64,000 nt of DNA from an uncultured archaeon (GTDB taxonomy: Archaea > Asgardarchaeota > Thorarchaeia > Thorarchaeales > Thorarchaeaceae): NCBI GenBank assembly GCA_964473825.1, contig CAYYQL010000004.1:32001-96000 (forward strand), given 5' to 3'. The translations under genes were made by a program, and so were the position numbers. How positions within the stretch are numbered: position 1 is the stretch's first letter; each line of letters opens with the position of its first letter. This document shows positions 47,337 to 57,413 of this stretch, piece by piece. The notes beneath the pieces are model-generated. The model saw only the letters and a list, made by a program, of their open reading frames with translations. It did not search any database and was not told the DNA's origin.

Positions 47337-47806
47337 TGAACAACTCCTAAGAAACCTGCTTGAGCTGAGCATCAACTGGTGTTTCCAACAGAGGAAAGTG
47401 CGTCAGAGGCGGCGCGCTACTACCATGGAAGAACGAGACTGATGCTCAGTCTTGCAGGTGTGACAGGTTCAGGGAATGTAGTTTCATCGAACCCCAGCAT
47501 GAACTTGTCCGAGAGCACCTTTTTCATCATGAATGGCATACACGCATTATCCTCCCCGCAGTTGAGGTAACGCCGTCGGGAGGCATCAAGAACCCCGAGG
47601 ACAATCGGTGTTCCTGAGGGAGTTGTCGGTTCTCTCTCAGAAGCGGATCTTGGTCCAACTTCTAGTTATCATCTGCCAGAAAGAACACTCACAGCATCAA
47701 TATCCGGTATCTCCTATGTGTATCCAATCGCAGCATAACGCTTTTATCATCCACATGACAAAATCAGAACAATCCGATTTCGACTCGGAAGGAGATAGAG
47801 AGAATA

Positions 47807-49681
47807 ATGATAAGCAATCGTGCAAAGCGAATACTTGCTCTTGCGTTCGTTGCTGCCTTCACGTTTATGGCAATGTCACCGATGTTTGCCAAGGCACAGA
47901 CTTTTGACTACGGACTGAAAGAAGGTCCGTTTGTCGACAATCTTGTGTTCAACGTGATAGAGGGCGACGACCAGCAGGTTCTCGCACTGCAAAACAATGA
48001 GATTGACCTCATCGGAGACATGGTCGATCCTGTCCACCTGCCGACTCTGGACGCAGCTGAAAATATCGAGGTTGCAAACGTGCAGCGGAACGGGTACGGA
48101 TATGTCACGATCAACACTGCCAAGTATCCTATGAACGTCACGGCATTCAGAAGAGCTCTTGCCTTTGCTCTGGACAAGTATGCAATCTCGGAAGATGTCT
48201 GGGAGGGTCTCTCCCTGCCACAGGACTCCCCTGTCCCACAGGTCAACCCCTGGTCAAGTGAGGGACTCTTGGACTACACCTACTACGAGTCCAATGTTGC
48301 CCTGGGAAAGGAACTGCTTGAGGCTGCTGGCTTCAACGATACCGATGACGATGGTTGGTATGACACTGGTCCAAATGGTCCCTGGGAGAACAGAGGCCCC
48401 AATGGCGAGATCCTCGTCGAGTGCGCTCAGTCCTCCAACATCGCTATCGAAGTTGGATCTCTTGTTGCCGAGGCACTCAATAACCTCGGGATACCGGCTG
48501 TTTCACAGCCAACAGACTTCTACGAGTACCTTGTCCGGCTGTACTTCCACGGCGACTACGACATGACCTTCCTCGGTTCCAGCTTCGGCAGCTTCAATGT
48601 TGACTGGCTGGCCTACGAGTACTGGTCAGAGTACGCAGATGAGGACTATTGGAACTTCCCCAACTTCAGGAACGCAACCTTTGATAGCTGGAGAGATCAG
48701 CTGCTATATTCGACTGAGTATGATGACGTCTATGAGGCAGCCTTTGAGATGCAGAAGATCTGGGTCTATGAGAGCCCGATGGTCATCTGCTACTCGAACA
48801 CCCTGCTCTCGGCCTACAGGACCGATCGGTTCGAGGGTTACGTCAACGATGTCAGCGGTGGTGTGCCTGGATGGTGGACGAACTACAAGGTTCATCTGAA
48901 GGACGATGTGGGTGGTCCGTTTGGTGGATCATTCCGCTGGAGCAATCCCCTTGACCTTGACACCTTCAACTTCATGGCAAGCTCTTCAGCTTACACCATG
49001 AACGTCTTGGCCCAGCTATACGACGGCTTGCTCACCCTGGATCCAAATGGTGAAGACTTGCTATGGCTTGCTGAGAGCTTCACTGTAGAGACCCACGATG
49101 ACAATGATGCGATTCCTGAAGGTCATACGAGGTTCGTCTTCAATATGGTCCAGAATGCAACCTGGACTGATGGAGAACCTCTGACCGCCTTTGATGCTGC
49201 CTTCTCGCTGAACTTCTATCGTGATGCGCCAGGCAACCCATACGGTGTCGATCTAGTTGACGTGACCGCAGCCTTCGCTCAGACGGACTACACACTGGTT
49301 GTTGAGTTCAACACTGAGTCATACTGGCACCTGACCAACATTGCATACAAGCCGATCATCCCGAAGCACGTCTTCGAGTTGATTCCGCTTGACGAGTGGA
49401 CCCAATGGAATCCCAATCCTCCGAGTGAGGCCATGGTGACCTCCGGCCCATTCAACATATCTGAGTATGTTGCAGGTGAGTTCACAGAGATGGCTCGCTT
49501 CGACGACTACGTCTTTGCTCCATCTGAGCCCACAGACACCACAACCACCACTACAACTACAACCACAACCACCACGGTCGAGCCGACTGAAGTTGACTTC
49601 ACCATGGCTATCGTGGCTGGTGCTGTTGGTGCAGCAGTTGTGATTCTGGTTGGCGGCTACGTGCTCATGAGACAGAGATAG
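47807..49681 (+). CDS. oppA: Family-5 peptide-binding protein with Thr-rich linker and C-terminal TM anchor
   Basis: Signal peptide, FRRALAFALD, ATWTDGEPLTA.D, SGPF, poly-Thr and C-terminal TM. Confidence 0.9.
   Translation: MISNRAKRILALAFVAAFTFMAMSPMFAKAQTFDYGLKEGPFVDNLVFNVIEGDDQQVLALQNNEIDLIGDMVDPVHLPTLDAAENIEVANVQRNGYGYVTINTAKYPMNVTAFRRALAFALDKYAISEDVWEGLSLPQDSPVPQVNPWSSEGLLDYTYYESNVALGKELLEAAGFNDTDDDGWYDTGPNGPWENRGPNGEILVECAQSSNIAIEVGSLVAEALNNLGIPAVSQPTDFYEYLVRLYFHGDYDMTFLGSSFGSFNVDWLAYEYWSEYADEDYWNFPNFRNATFDSWRDQLLYSTEYDDVYEAAFEMQKIWVYESPMVICYSNTLLSAYRTDRFEGYVNDVSGGVPGWWTNYKVHLKDDVGGPFGGSFRWSNPLDLDTFNFMASSSAYTMNVLAQLYDGLLTLDPNGEDLLWLAESFTVETHDDNDAIPEGHTRFVFNMVQNATWTDGEPLTAFDAAFSLNFYRDAPGNPYGVDLVDVTAAFAQTDYTLVVEFNTESYWHLTNIAYKPIIPKHVFELIPLDEWTQWNPNPPSEAMVTSGPFNISEYVAGEFTEMARFDDYVFAPSEPTDTTTTTTTTTTTTTVEPTEVDFTMAIVAGAVGAAVVILVGGYVLMRQR
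49538..49576 (+). repeat. ACN codon run encoding a poly-Thr linker
   Basis: acc aca acc acc act aca act aca acc aca acc acc acg. Confidence 0.8.
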
Positions 49682-49690
49682 ATATAGCTC

Positions 49691-49723
49691 AGGGGACCAC
49701 GGTCCCCTTTTTCCTTTCTTTTC
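49691..49723 (+). terminator. Hairpin plus T-rich tract after oppA
   Basis: AGGGGACC-AC-GGTCCCCT then TTTTCCTTTCTTTTC. Confidence 0.7.
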
Positions 49724-49791
49724 TGACTGAAGATTGCATTGAACCTATCTTCTTTAACGGTTGAATAGCAGCAACACTAGGTGCTGGGCCG

Positions 49792-50661
49792 ATGAATATC
49801 CACAGGGATCATCTCACAGTCATTGCTTTATCTTCCCTTCCGATAGTTGTGGGTTCTCTAGTGGCTGGAGCCGTAAAGAATACCGCATTGATTGGAGAGG
49901 TGATCGGGAATACTTCCGGGTTCACAATCATCGATCTTGCCGTTCAAGCTCTTGTCTCGACAGTATTGGGGGTAATGGTCGTATACGCTCTCTTCTATCT
50001 GATGAAGCAGAGTGGCCGAGGGGGTAGGAAACTTGTGGTTGCCCTTGTTGTGTCACCCATTCTGGGATTTGTGTCCATCTTCATAGGGCAGGCATTCCTG
50101 CTCATTCTGTTCAAGGGCAGTACCAGTGTGCTTGAAGGGATTCTGCTCGCAGTTTCTGTGGGGGTATCGATGATGTCTCTGGCGCTTGTGATCATAGATG
50201 TCATTCCACCGCTGCTCAGGAATCTGTTTGTAGCCTTCTACGGCAGTATCTTTGGCACCTTTCTCGGTGTGACCATGGTCACCACGAGCATGGTTGTTCT
50301 GATTGTATCATTGGTAATCGAGGACTATCTCCTGACTGCACACTCACCAATGGCAGACGATGAGTTCATGAGCGATGCCATCGGCTCGGATCCGTTCGAC
50401 TACACTCGAATAAAGTCCGAACAGGTCATGATTGGCGTGGGTGATTTTGTTGCGTATTCTCTGATTGGCGCACATGCCATGGTGTTTTTCCCAATATATG
50501 TCTGGATGCTTTCAGTTGTCCTTGCAGTTTTGGGGATTTTCATCAATACAGTGGTCTTTGCCAAAGCTGAAGAGGTCTTACCTGCTATTCCACTTCCCGC
50601 CATCCTTTCCGTGTTTCCTTGGATTGTTCACCTGGTGACACTATCAGTTCTCTCAGCATAG
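49792..50661 (+). CDS. Presenilin/signal-peptide-peptidase-like GxGD intramembrane aspartyl protease
   Basis: ~9 TM; IED (YD position), IGVGDF and LPAIP (PAL motif). Confidence 0.75.
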   Translation: MNIHRDHLTVIALSSLPIVVGSLVAGAVKNTALIGEVIGNTSGFTIIDLAVQALVSTVLGVMVVYALFYLMKQSGRGGRKLVVALVVSPILGFVSIFIGQAFLLILFKGSTSVLEGILLAVSVGVSMMSLALVIIDVIPPLLRNLFVAFYGSIFGTFLGVTMVTTSMVVLIVSLVIEDYLLTAHSPMADDEFMSDAIGSDPFDYTRIKSEQVMIGVGDFVAYSLIGAHAMVFFPIYVWMLSVVLAVLGIFINTVVFAKAEEVLPAIPLPAILSVFPWIVHLVTLSVLSA

Positions 50662-50708
50662 CGGTGCGCAGAGCAAAAACAAGATATTGACAAGACCAAT
50701 GGAATACA

Positions 50709-51260
50709 GTGTGGATGGATATGATATCCGATACGAGACCCCAGAATGCGATTGTCGTTATAACAATCATTGCGGGAATAATAGGAGCGACGAGCCTCTA
50801 TTCTGCTGCATCATACTATGGTGGTAGTTATGTACTTGTGCAGCGTTTGGATGTTGAACTCACAGAGATGCGCCTTGGGAATTTTGATCCGCTCAATATG
50901 AGTGTGGACCCCGCACTGTCAGCATTCTTTCAGTTTACAGCTCCTGAGATTGCAAGCGGCAAGACCCGTTTAGAATCTCTGACCGCCTCGATATACCTAA
51001 ATGGTGAGTCTTTCAACTATGCCAATTTCAGAAGGAACATCCCCGCCGAAGACAAGCTTGTCACCTCTGGATACAATAAGACGTTCTCAGTGGGCTCTAC
51101 TCTGGAATTAGACCAAGACAAACAGCTAATCTATGACGCTTACATAGCTGAAGACTGGACATTCAGTGTCACATTGTCGATATTCTACACAGTCTTCGAA
51201 AGCCGTGCCCAATCAGTACGTGTCATGACATTCGTCTATTCTGCGAATTTTACTTTCTGA
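50709..51260 (+). CDS. Membrane-anchored LEA_2-like beta-sandwich protein
   Basis: N-terminal TM; LESLTASIYLNG pattern. Confidence 0.55.
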   Translation: MWMDMISDTRPQNAIVVITIIAGIIGATSLYSAASYYGGSYVLVQRLDVELTEMRLGNFDPLNMSVDPALSAFFQFTAPEIASGKTRLESLTASIYLNGESFNYANFRRNIPAEDKLVTSGYNKTFSVGSTLELDQDKQLIYDAYIAEDWTFSVTLSIFYTVFESRAQSVRVMTFVYSANFTF

Positions 51261-51270
51261 CCAACCAAGA

Positions 51271-52308
51271 TCATTCGGCCAGCAGAGCCTTCAATTCGGA
51301 TATTCTATCCACACTGGCCGCATCGACTCCCCTTAGGTCAGCTAACTCAAGCGAGACGGTGTCGAGGTAGAAGGTGAGTGCAAGCATCTCCTCCAATTTG
51401 CTCTCACTTGGAATGTTCAACGTGTTTTGTTCCTGTGATGCCATCACAATCTTTGTGGCATCAAAACGCCGTCCCATGCGCGCACTCTCAAAAGTACTGT
51501 CCAGGAAGATCGTGCGAATTGAGAGGCGTTTGTACGAAGATGACGCCTCTATCTCGTTGTGGTTTGCCTCGGGCATCTCCAAGGAAAAGGCAACATGCTT
51601 TGCGTTCTCATTGAATTGACACTTGGCTCTGTATGCCACAGGAAGCAGGTGCCCGTGGGCAATGAAGACCGGCACCGAGTCGGTCAGTTTGGATGCTAGT
51701 ACCTCTGGGCTGTCTAGATCTTTCCCCCACTTACTTCGACTCAACGCCACTCGCCTGGAGATATCATTGAAGTCGGTATGTGTAAGATTGAGAAGGCGCT
51801 GGGTGAGTCCCAGAGTCAAGGATAGAAGTAGGGGAAGAGCAGCCCTCGGCTGAAGTCCTGTAGGGATTCGCTGAGTATACCCGGTTTCCGAAATGGCTGC
51901 TAGCTCTCCTCCAGTTGTTATGGAGAACACCTTGCAAGGGCGTCTCCTCGCCTCTTGGTAGGCCGAGAGCGTTTCCTCAGTGTTGCCGGAGTAGCTGACT
52001 GCAAGAACGACCCAGTTTTTGTCAACAAAGGCGGGGAGCGAATAGTCTCTCGTGACCACGATAGGAATCTCTGAGATCTCGGAAAGCAGTGCTCTGACGT
52101 ACTCACCTGAAATCGAGCTGCCACCCATGCCCACGAAGCAGAGTCCTCTCGGCCCTTCCTTCGAAACCTCTTCTGCAGATTCTATTATTTCTCTGTCTGG
52201 GCGAACGATACGGAGGAGGTCTGGAAAAGATCGAATCATCTCTCTCATGTCATTCTCTGGTATGTCAGCTATTCTCAATGCTTTCACTTCAAATCCATCC
52301 TCAGTCAT
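51271..52308 (-). CDS. Bifunctional phosphoglucose/phosphomannose isomerase
   Basis: GMGGS, SYSGNTEET, QPRAA, QFNENAK and PEANHNEIE. Confidence 0.92.
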   Translation of the reverse strand: MTEDGFEVKALRIADIPENDMREMIRSFPDLLRIVRPDREIIESAEEVSKEGPRGLCFVGMGGSSISGEYVRALLSEISEIPIVVTRDYSLPAFVDKNWVVLAVSYSGNTEETLSAYQEARRRPCKVFSITTGGELAAISETGYTQRIPTGLQPRAALPLLLSLTLGLTQRLLNLTHTDFNDISRRVALSRSKWGKDLDSPEVLASKLTDSVPVFIAHGHLLPVAYRAKCQFNENAKHVAFSLEMPEANHNEIEASSSYKRLSIRTIFLDSTFESARMGRRFDATKIVMASQEQNTLNIPSESKLEEMLALTFYLDTVSLELADLRGVDAASVDRISELKALLAE

Positions 52309-52486
52309 ATCCAGCTTATCACGATTTCGAAAGACGTCTGTATCTCAGAGGTTACACCTTCAGACATATTTGGGACAACTCACACTACTATGAACGATTG
52401 AAGAATCTATCCCCAAGGGAGAAGACTAATACGACACTCTTGCAGTGCATGCTCCTAGACAAAAGCAATGAGAGATGTGATAGAAC

Positions 52487-52984
52487 ATGGGAGTAATGAA
52501 AGCCGCAGCTACCAGGGGTCTAATACCTGCAGGTAACAAGGTCAGTGAGCTCCGTGACAACCTGACTAGGCTAATGACTCAGATGGCCTTGGTTTTGGAG
52601 AACCGATTCGGTCAAGAGGGACTCGATGCAATCGCTGAGATATTCCCCAATCTTGGGACAGAAGACGCAAAGAACATGAAAGAACGTCTTGGTCTCGGGG
52701 ACACCTTGTCGGATGCTGTTGATGCATGGAAGATAGTAGGTCACGTGATGGGAGCCAAGATGGAGGCAAGAAAGGTCTCTCCTGATCGTGTCGAAACTGT
52801 CCATCCCTTCTGTCCTCAGTATGAGGCATTCAAAGATGCTGGGAAACTGTACTGTGAGTCTGTCTGTCTCCCCTATGTTCGAGCAATAGGAGAAGGTATC
52901 GGTGATGGTGTGACAATGGAAGTTGTTCGCCCAGCTGATACGGATTCAACCTGTATCAAGGCACTTGTGTTCACACGAGAGTAG
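52487..52984 (+). CDS. V4R/ATC-hydrolase-like Cys-ligand domain protein
   Basis: HPFCPQY...LYCESVC...TC. Confidence 0.65.
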   Translation: MGVMKAAATRGLIPAGNKVSELRDNLTRLMTQMALVLENRFGQEGLDAIAEIFPNLGTEDAKNMKERLGLGDTLSDAVDAWKIVGHVMGAKMEARKVSPDRVETVHPFCPQYEAFKDAGKLYCESVCLPYVRAIGEGIGDGVTMEVVRPADTDSTCIKALVFTRE

Positions 52985-53173
52985 ACTCATTGAACTTGCA
53001 CCAATCTGACTCAATGAGCTTGCGGTCTTAGTAGTATACGTGCCGCTGGGTCTTTACTACGAAGGCCCTCCTGACAGAAGGCAACTCCACTCATATCGTA
53101 CACTGGAAGAATGGCACGTTGTACAAGAAGAGTCTTAAACTGCTTTCCTAAGATTCGGCTCCAGGTAACTGCG

Positions 53174-53857
53174 ATGTTGAAGGGTGCAGTCTTCGATCTT
53201 GATGGTACCATTACTGTTCTCGAACTTCCACTAGATGCAATGAGGGAAGATGCTAAGACCTATTTCGTATCACGGGGACTGCCGCCAGGGATTCTGGAAC
53301 CCGCAGATGGCATCTCCAGTTCTACGCTGAAAGCCAAGAGATACTTCAGAGAACATGGAGCATCTGAAGAAGAGTGGGGAGACATGATGCGTGAACTTGA
53401 TGACGTCCTAAACCAGCATGAGGGCGACGCTGCACGTGATGTTCGCGTTATCGAAGGCGCCTTTGATGCGGTCGAGAGGGTGAGATCAATGGGACTGAAG
53501 ACAGCCATCCTTACAAACAATGGCCGCCATGCAGTTGATATTGTGTTGAAGAACATCCCTCTCAATCATTACTTCGATGTGATTCAGACACGAAATGAGT
53601 CCCCCAATCCCAAGCCCTATCCAGATGGCATACTCTTGGTAATTGAGAGACTTGGGCTGTCTCTTGACGAAGCAATATACATCGGAGATGCAAGGATAGA
53701 TGGAGCCGCTGCAGAAAAGGCCGGTATTGAGTTCTGGGGTGTCACCACAGGAGAAACAGACGCAGACGAGCTCTATGCGACTGGAGCCAGTCGAGTGTTT
53801 CAATCGTTGAGTGACATTCCCGATGCAATCAAGGAGCGAAACAAACCGCGCCGCTGA
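53174..53857 (+). CDS. HAD-superfamily (IA) phosphatase
   Basis: FDLDGT, LTNN, KPYP and IGDARIDG. Confidence 0.9.
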   Translation: MLKGAVFDLDGTITVLELPLDAMREDAKTYFVSRGLPPGILEPADGISSSTLKAKRYFREHGASEEEWGDMMRELDDVLNQHEGDAARDVRVIEGAFDAVERVRSMGLKTAILTNNGRHAVDIVLKNIPLNHYFDVIQTRNESPNPKPYPDGILLVIERLGLSLDEAIYIGDARIDGAAAEKAGIEFWGVTTGETDADELYATGASRVFQSLSDIPDAIKERNKPRR

Positions 53858-53999
53858 TGGCCATTTGTTAAGATTCAATACCCCTTAACTGTACAGTTTT
53901 TTGGTTATCCGCTGTTTCATATTCTGTTTCCTTTCGAATCTTGATATCTCTCAGTTTTGACGTCAGGTTCTCAGTCAAATCGTCGTCTAGGAGTCGCCT

Positions 54000-54533
54000 A
54001 TGAAGGGGCTTCCTTTCGGTCCTGATTGCGGTCAGTTATATGCCTTAGATATATCCTATTCAAATATGTCAGGACTTGCTCCCATGTCTAGGACATACTT
54101 TGATAGCTCAGAGGAAAATGAAACAATGATGATTGATGAAGGCATGTACCTTGTGCTTAGATCTGCTGCGGGGGCCTTTATCTGTCGATCACCACCTCTT
54201 CCCAAGTACTGGAATGGTATTGACAGGCCGCATGTTGCAGTCCTGGTCCCTTCAGATGACCACGTGTTTCGGGTCTATCTCTCTTCTCCCTCTTCCGATA
54301 TTGAAAGCGATGGCGGCTTTCACATCTTTGAGCTTGACGCGCTTCCGAACGAATCAATCATTGAGATTCGTCACGATGCTGTTGAGTATAGCTATTATAG
54401 GAAAGAGAACGAGGGGGCATGGACCAAAGTCGCTGAGGCACAGAACCCATTTCTTGTTGAGGTCTTCTCATATGGCCTCAGTCCGATTGTCATGAATATG
54501 TCTGAGCAGTTCAGTTTCACCTATTCGGACTGA
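54000..54533 (+). CDS. Hypothetical protein
   Basis: 177 aa ORF, GGAG before ATG; possibly N-terminally truncated. Confidence 0.5.
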   Translation: MKGLPFGPDCGQLYALDISYSNMSGLAPMSRTYFDSSEENETMMIDEGMYLVLRSAAGAFICRSPPLPKYWNGIDRPHVAVLVPSDDHVFRVYLSSPSSDIESDGGFHIFELDALPNESIIEIRHDAVEYSYYRKENEGAWTKVAEAQNPFLVEVFSYGLSPIVMNMSEQFSFTYSD

Positions 54534-54559
54534 GAAATCCTGACTGGCATGTAACTCGC

Positions 54560-54990
54560 AGTGGTTAGGAGGGACCTCTAACCGGTGATGCAATAATCAA
54601 GTTGAGATGCGATTGAAGGTGCGAGGAGACCCCGAAAAGCAATGTTTCGCTCGTGGTTCTTTGAGGAGGAGAGGAGATCTGCACCTAACATGCAACCGGG
54701 TCTGGGAGCACTCACCAGTCAATCGCACGAGTAGTGCTGGGGCCTCCTCAGCACACTTTCAACTGTTTAGATATCCTCGCAAGATAAGATGATTGTGATA
54801 CTTTCAATATTGTACCACCAGAACCTTGATGACTGCAGTGCTGAGCCAATAGAGTCTGTCCGAGCTTTAGTTAAAAGAAAAGAATCCCATGCATCTTTGA
54901 AGTGTTCGGGGGTTCACATCTCGTAGCAATCTTCTCTCCTCCTCCTTCCAGCGTTCTTTGAAAGCCCCCGGCCACTCGTCTTTTTCCGTT
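54560..54990 (+). ncRNA. Candidate multi-stem structured RNA (unassigned)
   Basis: Nested inverted repeats with G-U pairs on the + strand; see findings. Confidence 0.35.
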
Positions 54991-55296
54991 CTCTTTCAAT
55001 CCCAAAGCAGCCGTCTAGTGTCATTTCTATGTCTCTGTAGTATTGAAATCAACGATTCCTGGCTTCTGGTCTTGATTGATCGAGCGGACACGCAGAGGAG
55101 CAGAATAGATTAGATACACTTATATTATATGATGTACTATTATCTCTTGTTGGGGACCTCCCGCAAACAACCGCTATAACTCTCTCTCATCTGACGTCTG
55201 CACCCTCCCGGCGACTCATTGTCGGTCCCCACTCCTCTTTTCTTGCCGACAAGGTTTATAGGAGTAGGATTGCCGCGTTGAGTTGGAGACAAACGA

Positions 55297-55599
55297 ATGT
55301 CGTCGGCGAAGAAGGCTATCGATAGCACAGTCAAGAGAATTCTCCTCTATACCGCGGAGATAATAATGTCCGTCATTCTCTTAGTGATAATCTGTCTGCC
55401 ACTTGCCTTTGTGGTACCAATGTGGATTCAACAGATAGCATTGGAAGTTCCAGCCTCGAACCTTGCGGTGAATCCTGTGTCATGGTTTGGAATCACTGGA
55501 GCTGTTGTTATCACCTGCTTACTGGCGATTGCTGGAGCTTTGGTTGCAATCGTATACACACAGCGTTTCCTTGCGTCTGATGCATCTGAAGAAAAATAG
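55297..55599 (+). CDS. Small 2-TM membrane protein
   Basis: TTTATA promoter-like box at ~55255; GGAG RBS; two hydrophobic helices. Confidence 0.65.
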   Translation: MSSAKKAIDSTVKRILLYTAEIIMSVILLVIICLPLAFVVPMWIQQIALEVPASNLAVNPVSWFGITGAVVITCLLAIAGALVAIVYTQRFLASDASEEK

Positions 55600-55690
55600 T
55601 TGATTTGCGCGCATTTACTATTAGCTAGTCAGCCGAGATGGCATATGCTGGATTTCACCACGCAATGTTAAATACTTCTAGTCCTTTGAT

Positions 55691-56560
55691 TTGACGAAGT
55701 GGAAGCTCTTGGATATAGCACAGAAAACGCGCTACTGGCAGATTGGGAATCTACTCTCACCGCTCTTTCTCGGTGTTCTTGGTGCTTTGTTGAGTATTCC
55801 CGCGGGCGACGTCGGAAATGTGTTCTCCACATCGGATTATCCTAAGTTGCTCTCTCCTGCGCCACTCACTTTTGCCATTTGGGGTCCGATCTTTATCTTC
55901 TTGGCCCTGTTCTACTTCTATCAGGCCAAGGGGGTTGTTTCAGGCGAAACACCAGAGGACGTTGTAAAGGTTGTTCAGAGCGTGGGGCCTTTCTTCATTC
56001 TGTCATCTGCGGCGACTACAGCATGGTATGTGCTTTGGCTGTATCAAATCATCTGGGCATCAGTGGTTTCCATGTTTCTCTATCTGGTCTTCATTCTCGG
56101 GGCATACCTGAGTCTTGGTATCAACAGAAGAGATAGGCCGTTTCGGGAGCACCTCTTCGTCACAGTTGGCTGGAGCATGTACGCAGGATGGGTTACCGTT
56201 GCGGCAATAGTAAATGCAACCACTGGGTTAGTGGCTGCTGGTTTCACAGGACCAGTCATCGGAGAGGTCGGTTGGACGACCTTGGTTCTCCTGATGGCTC
56301 TTGGGATCTATCTGCTGGTTCTGTTCACGCGGAACGATTTTGTCTATGCAGGGGTGGGGGTCTGGGCCCTTGTCGGTTCTCTGATCACTTGGACAACACC
56401 AAGTGCTATTCCAAATGTGACGCTCGCATCAGTCGCACTTGTGGGAATAGTGGCATTGGTGGTAGCAATGGCGTATCGTTTCTACTCGATGTCAAAGAGC
56501 GGCCAACTGAAGATTCTCCAGAAGTTTGGCCTCCATAGGTCAGAAGAACCCAGAATGTAA
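55691..56560 (+). CDS. TspO/MBR-related tryptophan-rich membrane protein
   Basis: Y.KLLSPAPLTFAIWGPI and SMYAGWVTVAAIVN. Confidence 0.75.
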   Translation: MTKWKLLDIAQKTRYWQIGNLLSPLFLGVLGALLSIPAGDVGNVFSTSDYPKLLSPAPLTFAIWGPIFIFLALFYFYQAKGVVSGETPEDVVKVVQSVGPFFILSSAATTAWYVLWLYQIIWASVVSMFLYLVFILGAYLSLGINRRDRPFREHLFVTVGWSMYAGWVTVAAIVNATTGLVAAGFTGPVIGEVGWTTLVLLMALGIYLLVLFTRNDFVYAGVGVWALVGSLITWTTPSAIPNVTLASVALVGIVALVVAMAYRFYSMSKSGQLKILQKFGLHRSEEPRM

Positions 56561-56568
56561 GTCTTGGA

Positions 56569-57378
56569 TCACTTGATGCCGGTCTTCTGGGCTATATTTT
56601 CGACCAGCTTCTCGAACTCTTTGGCTGCCTTTGATTCGGAATCACTTATGACAAAGGGGGTTCCCTCGTCACTAAGCTTGACTATTCGTGGGTCCAGCGG
56701 GAGGGTACCGAGTACGTCTACTCCGTACTCTTCAGAGGCCTTCTTTGGACCGCCGCTTCCGAAGATATTGTACGATTCACCACAGTTTGGGCATATGAAT
56801 TCAGACATATTCTCGACAATTCCGAGTATCGGCACTTCCATCTTGTTCACGAGTCGAATTGCTCGTCGGGCATCGAGAATGGCTACATCTTGAGGCGTAC
56901 TCACAATGATGACGCCATCGATGTCGGGAATCGTTTGCAAAATACTGAGTATCTCATCCCCCGTTCCTGGAGGCAGGTCTACCACAAGAACATCAAGCTT
57001 GCCCCACTTGACGTTTCCTAGGAATTGACTTATTGCTTTTGCGACCAAAGGGCCTCTCCAAGCAACTGCATCGTCCGTGTTGCGGAGTAGGAACGCCATG
57101 CTCATGACTTTTGTTCCCAGAGGACCAATGATTGGATTTATCATCTCTCCCTCTGCAGTTGGATGTTGCCCTTCTAGGCCCAGTAGTTTCGGCACATTTG
57201 GACCGTAGATGTCTACATCTAAGACACCTGCCTTGAGGTCCTGATTGGCGAAGGATATAGCGAGGTTCGTAGCTACTGTTGTCTTACCCACTCCACCTTT
57301 TCCTGAGAGTACAACAATCTTATGCTTGATATCTTTCATTGCCTCGATGACTTCTGGGGGAATCATTGGCTTGGACAC
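56569..57378 (-). CDS. mrp: Mrp/NBP35 Fe-S cluster carrier ATPase
   Basis: SGKGGVGKT, WRGP, DLPPGTGD and ENMSEFICPNC. Confidence 0.93.
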   Translation of the reverse strand: MSKPMIPPEVIEAMKDIKHKIVVLSGKGGVGKTTVATNLAISFANQDLKAGVLDVDIYGPNVPKLLGLEGQHPTAEGEMINPIIGPLGTKVMSMAFLLRNTDDAVAWRGPLVAKAISQFLGNVKWGKLDVLVVDLPPGTGDEILSILQTIPDIDGVIIVSTPQDVAILDARRAIRLVNKMEVPILGIVENMSEFICPNCGESYNIFGSGGPKKASEEYGVDVLGTLPLDPRIVKLSDEGTPFVISDSESKAAKEFEKLVENIAQKTGIK

Positions 57379-57413
57379 TGATTATTCCTCGAAGTGAATC
57401 GAACGGATTCAGG

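Noticed and set aside
47390-47750. RNase P RNA (GAGGAAAGTGCG at ~47391 and CATAACGCTTTTA at ~47734 could mimic P4)
   Set aside because: No P1 pairing, CR-II/III/IV not found, and the 3' motif coincides with a typical TTTTAT promoter box for oppA
54560-54990. SRP RNA or RNase P RNA identity
   Set aside because: Helix-8 CAGG..GGAA..AGCA and GAGGAAAGUCC/ACAGAA..GCUUA signatures absent
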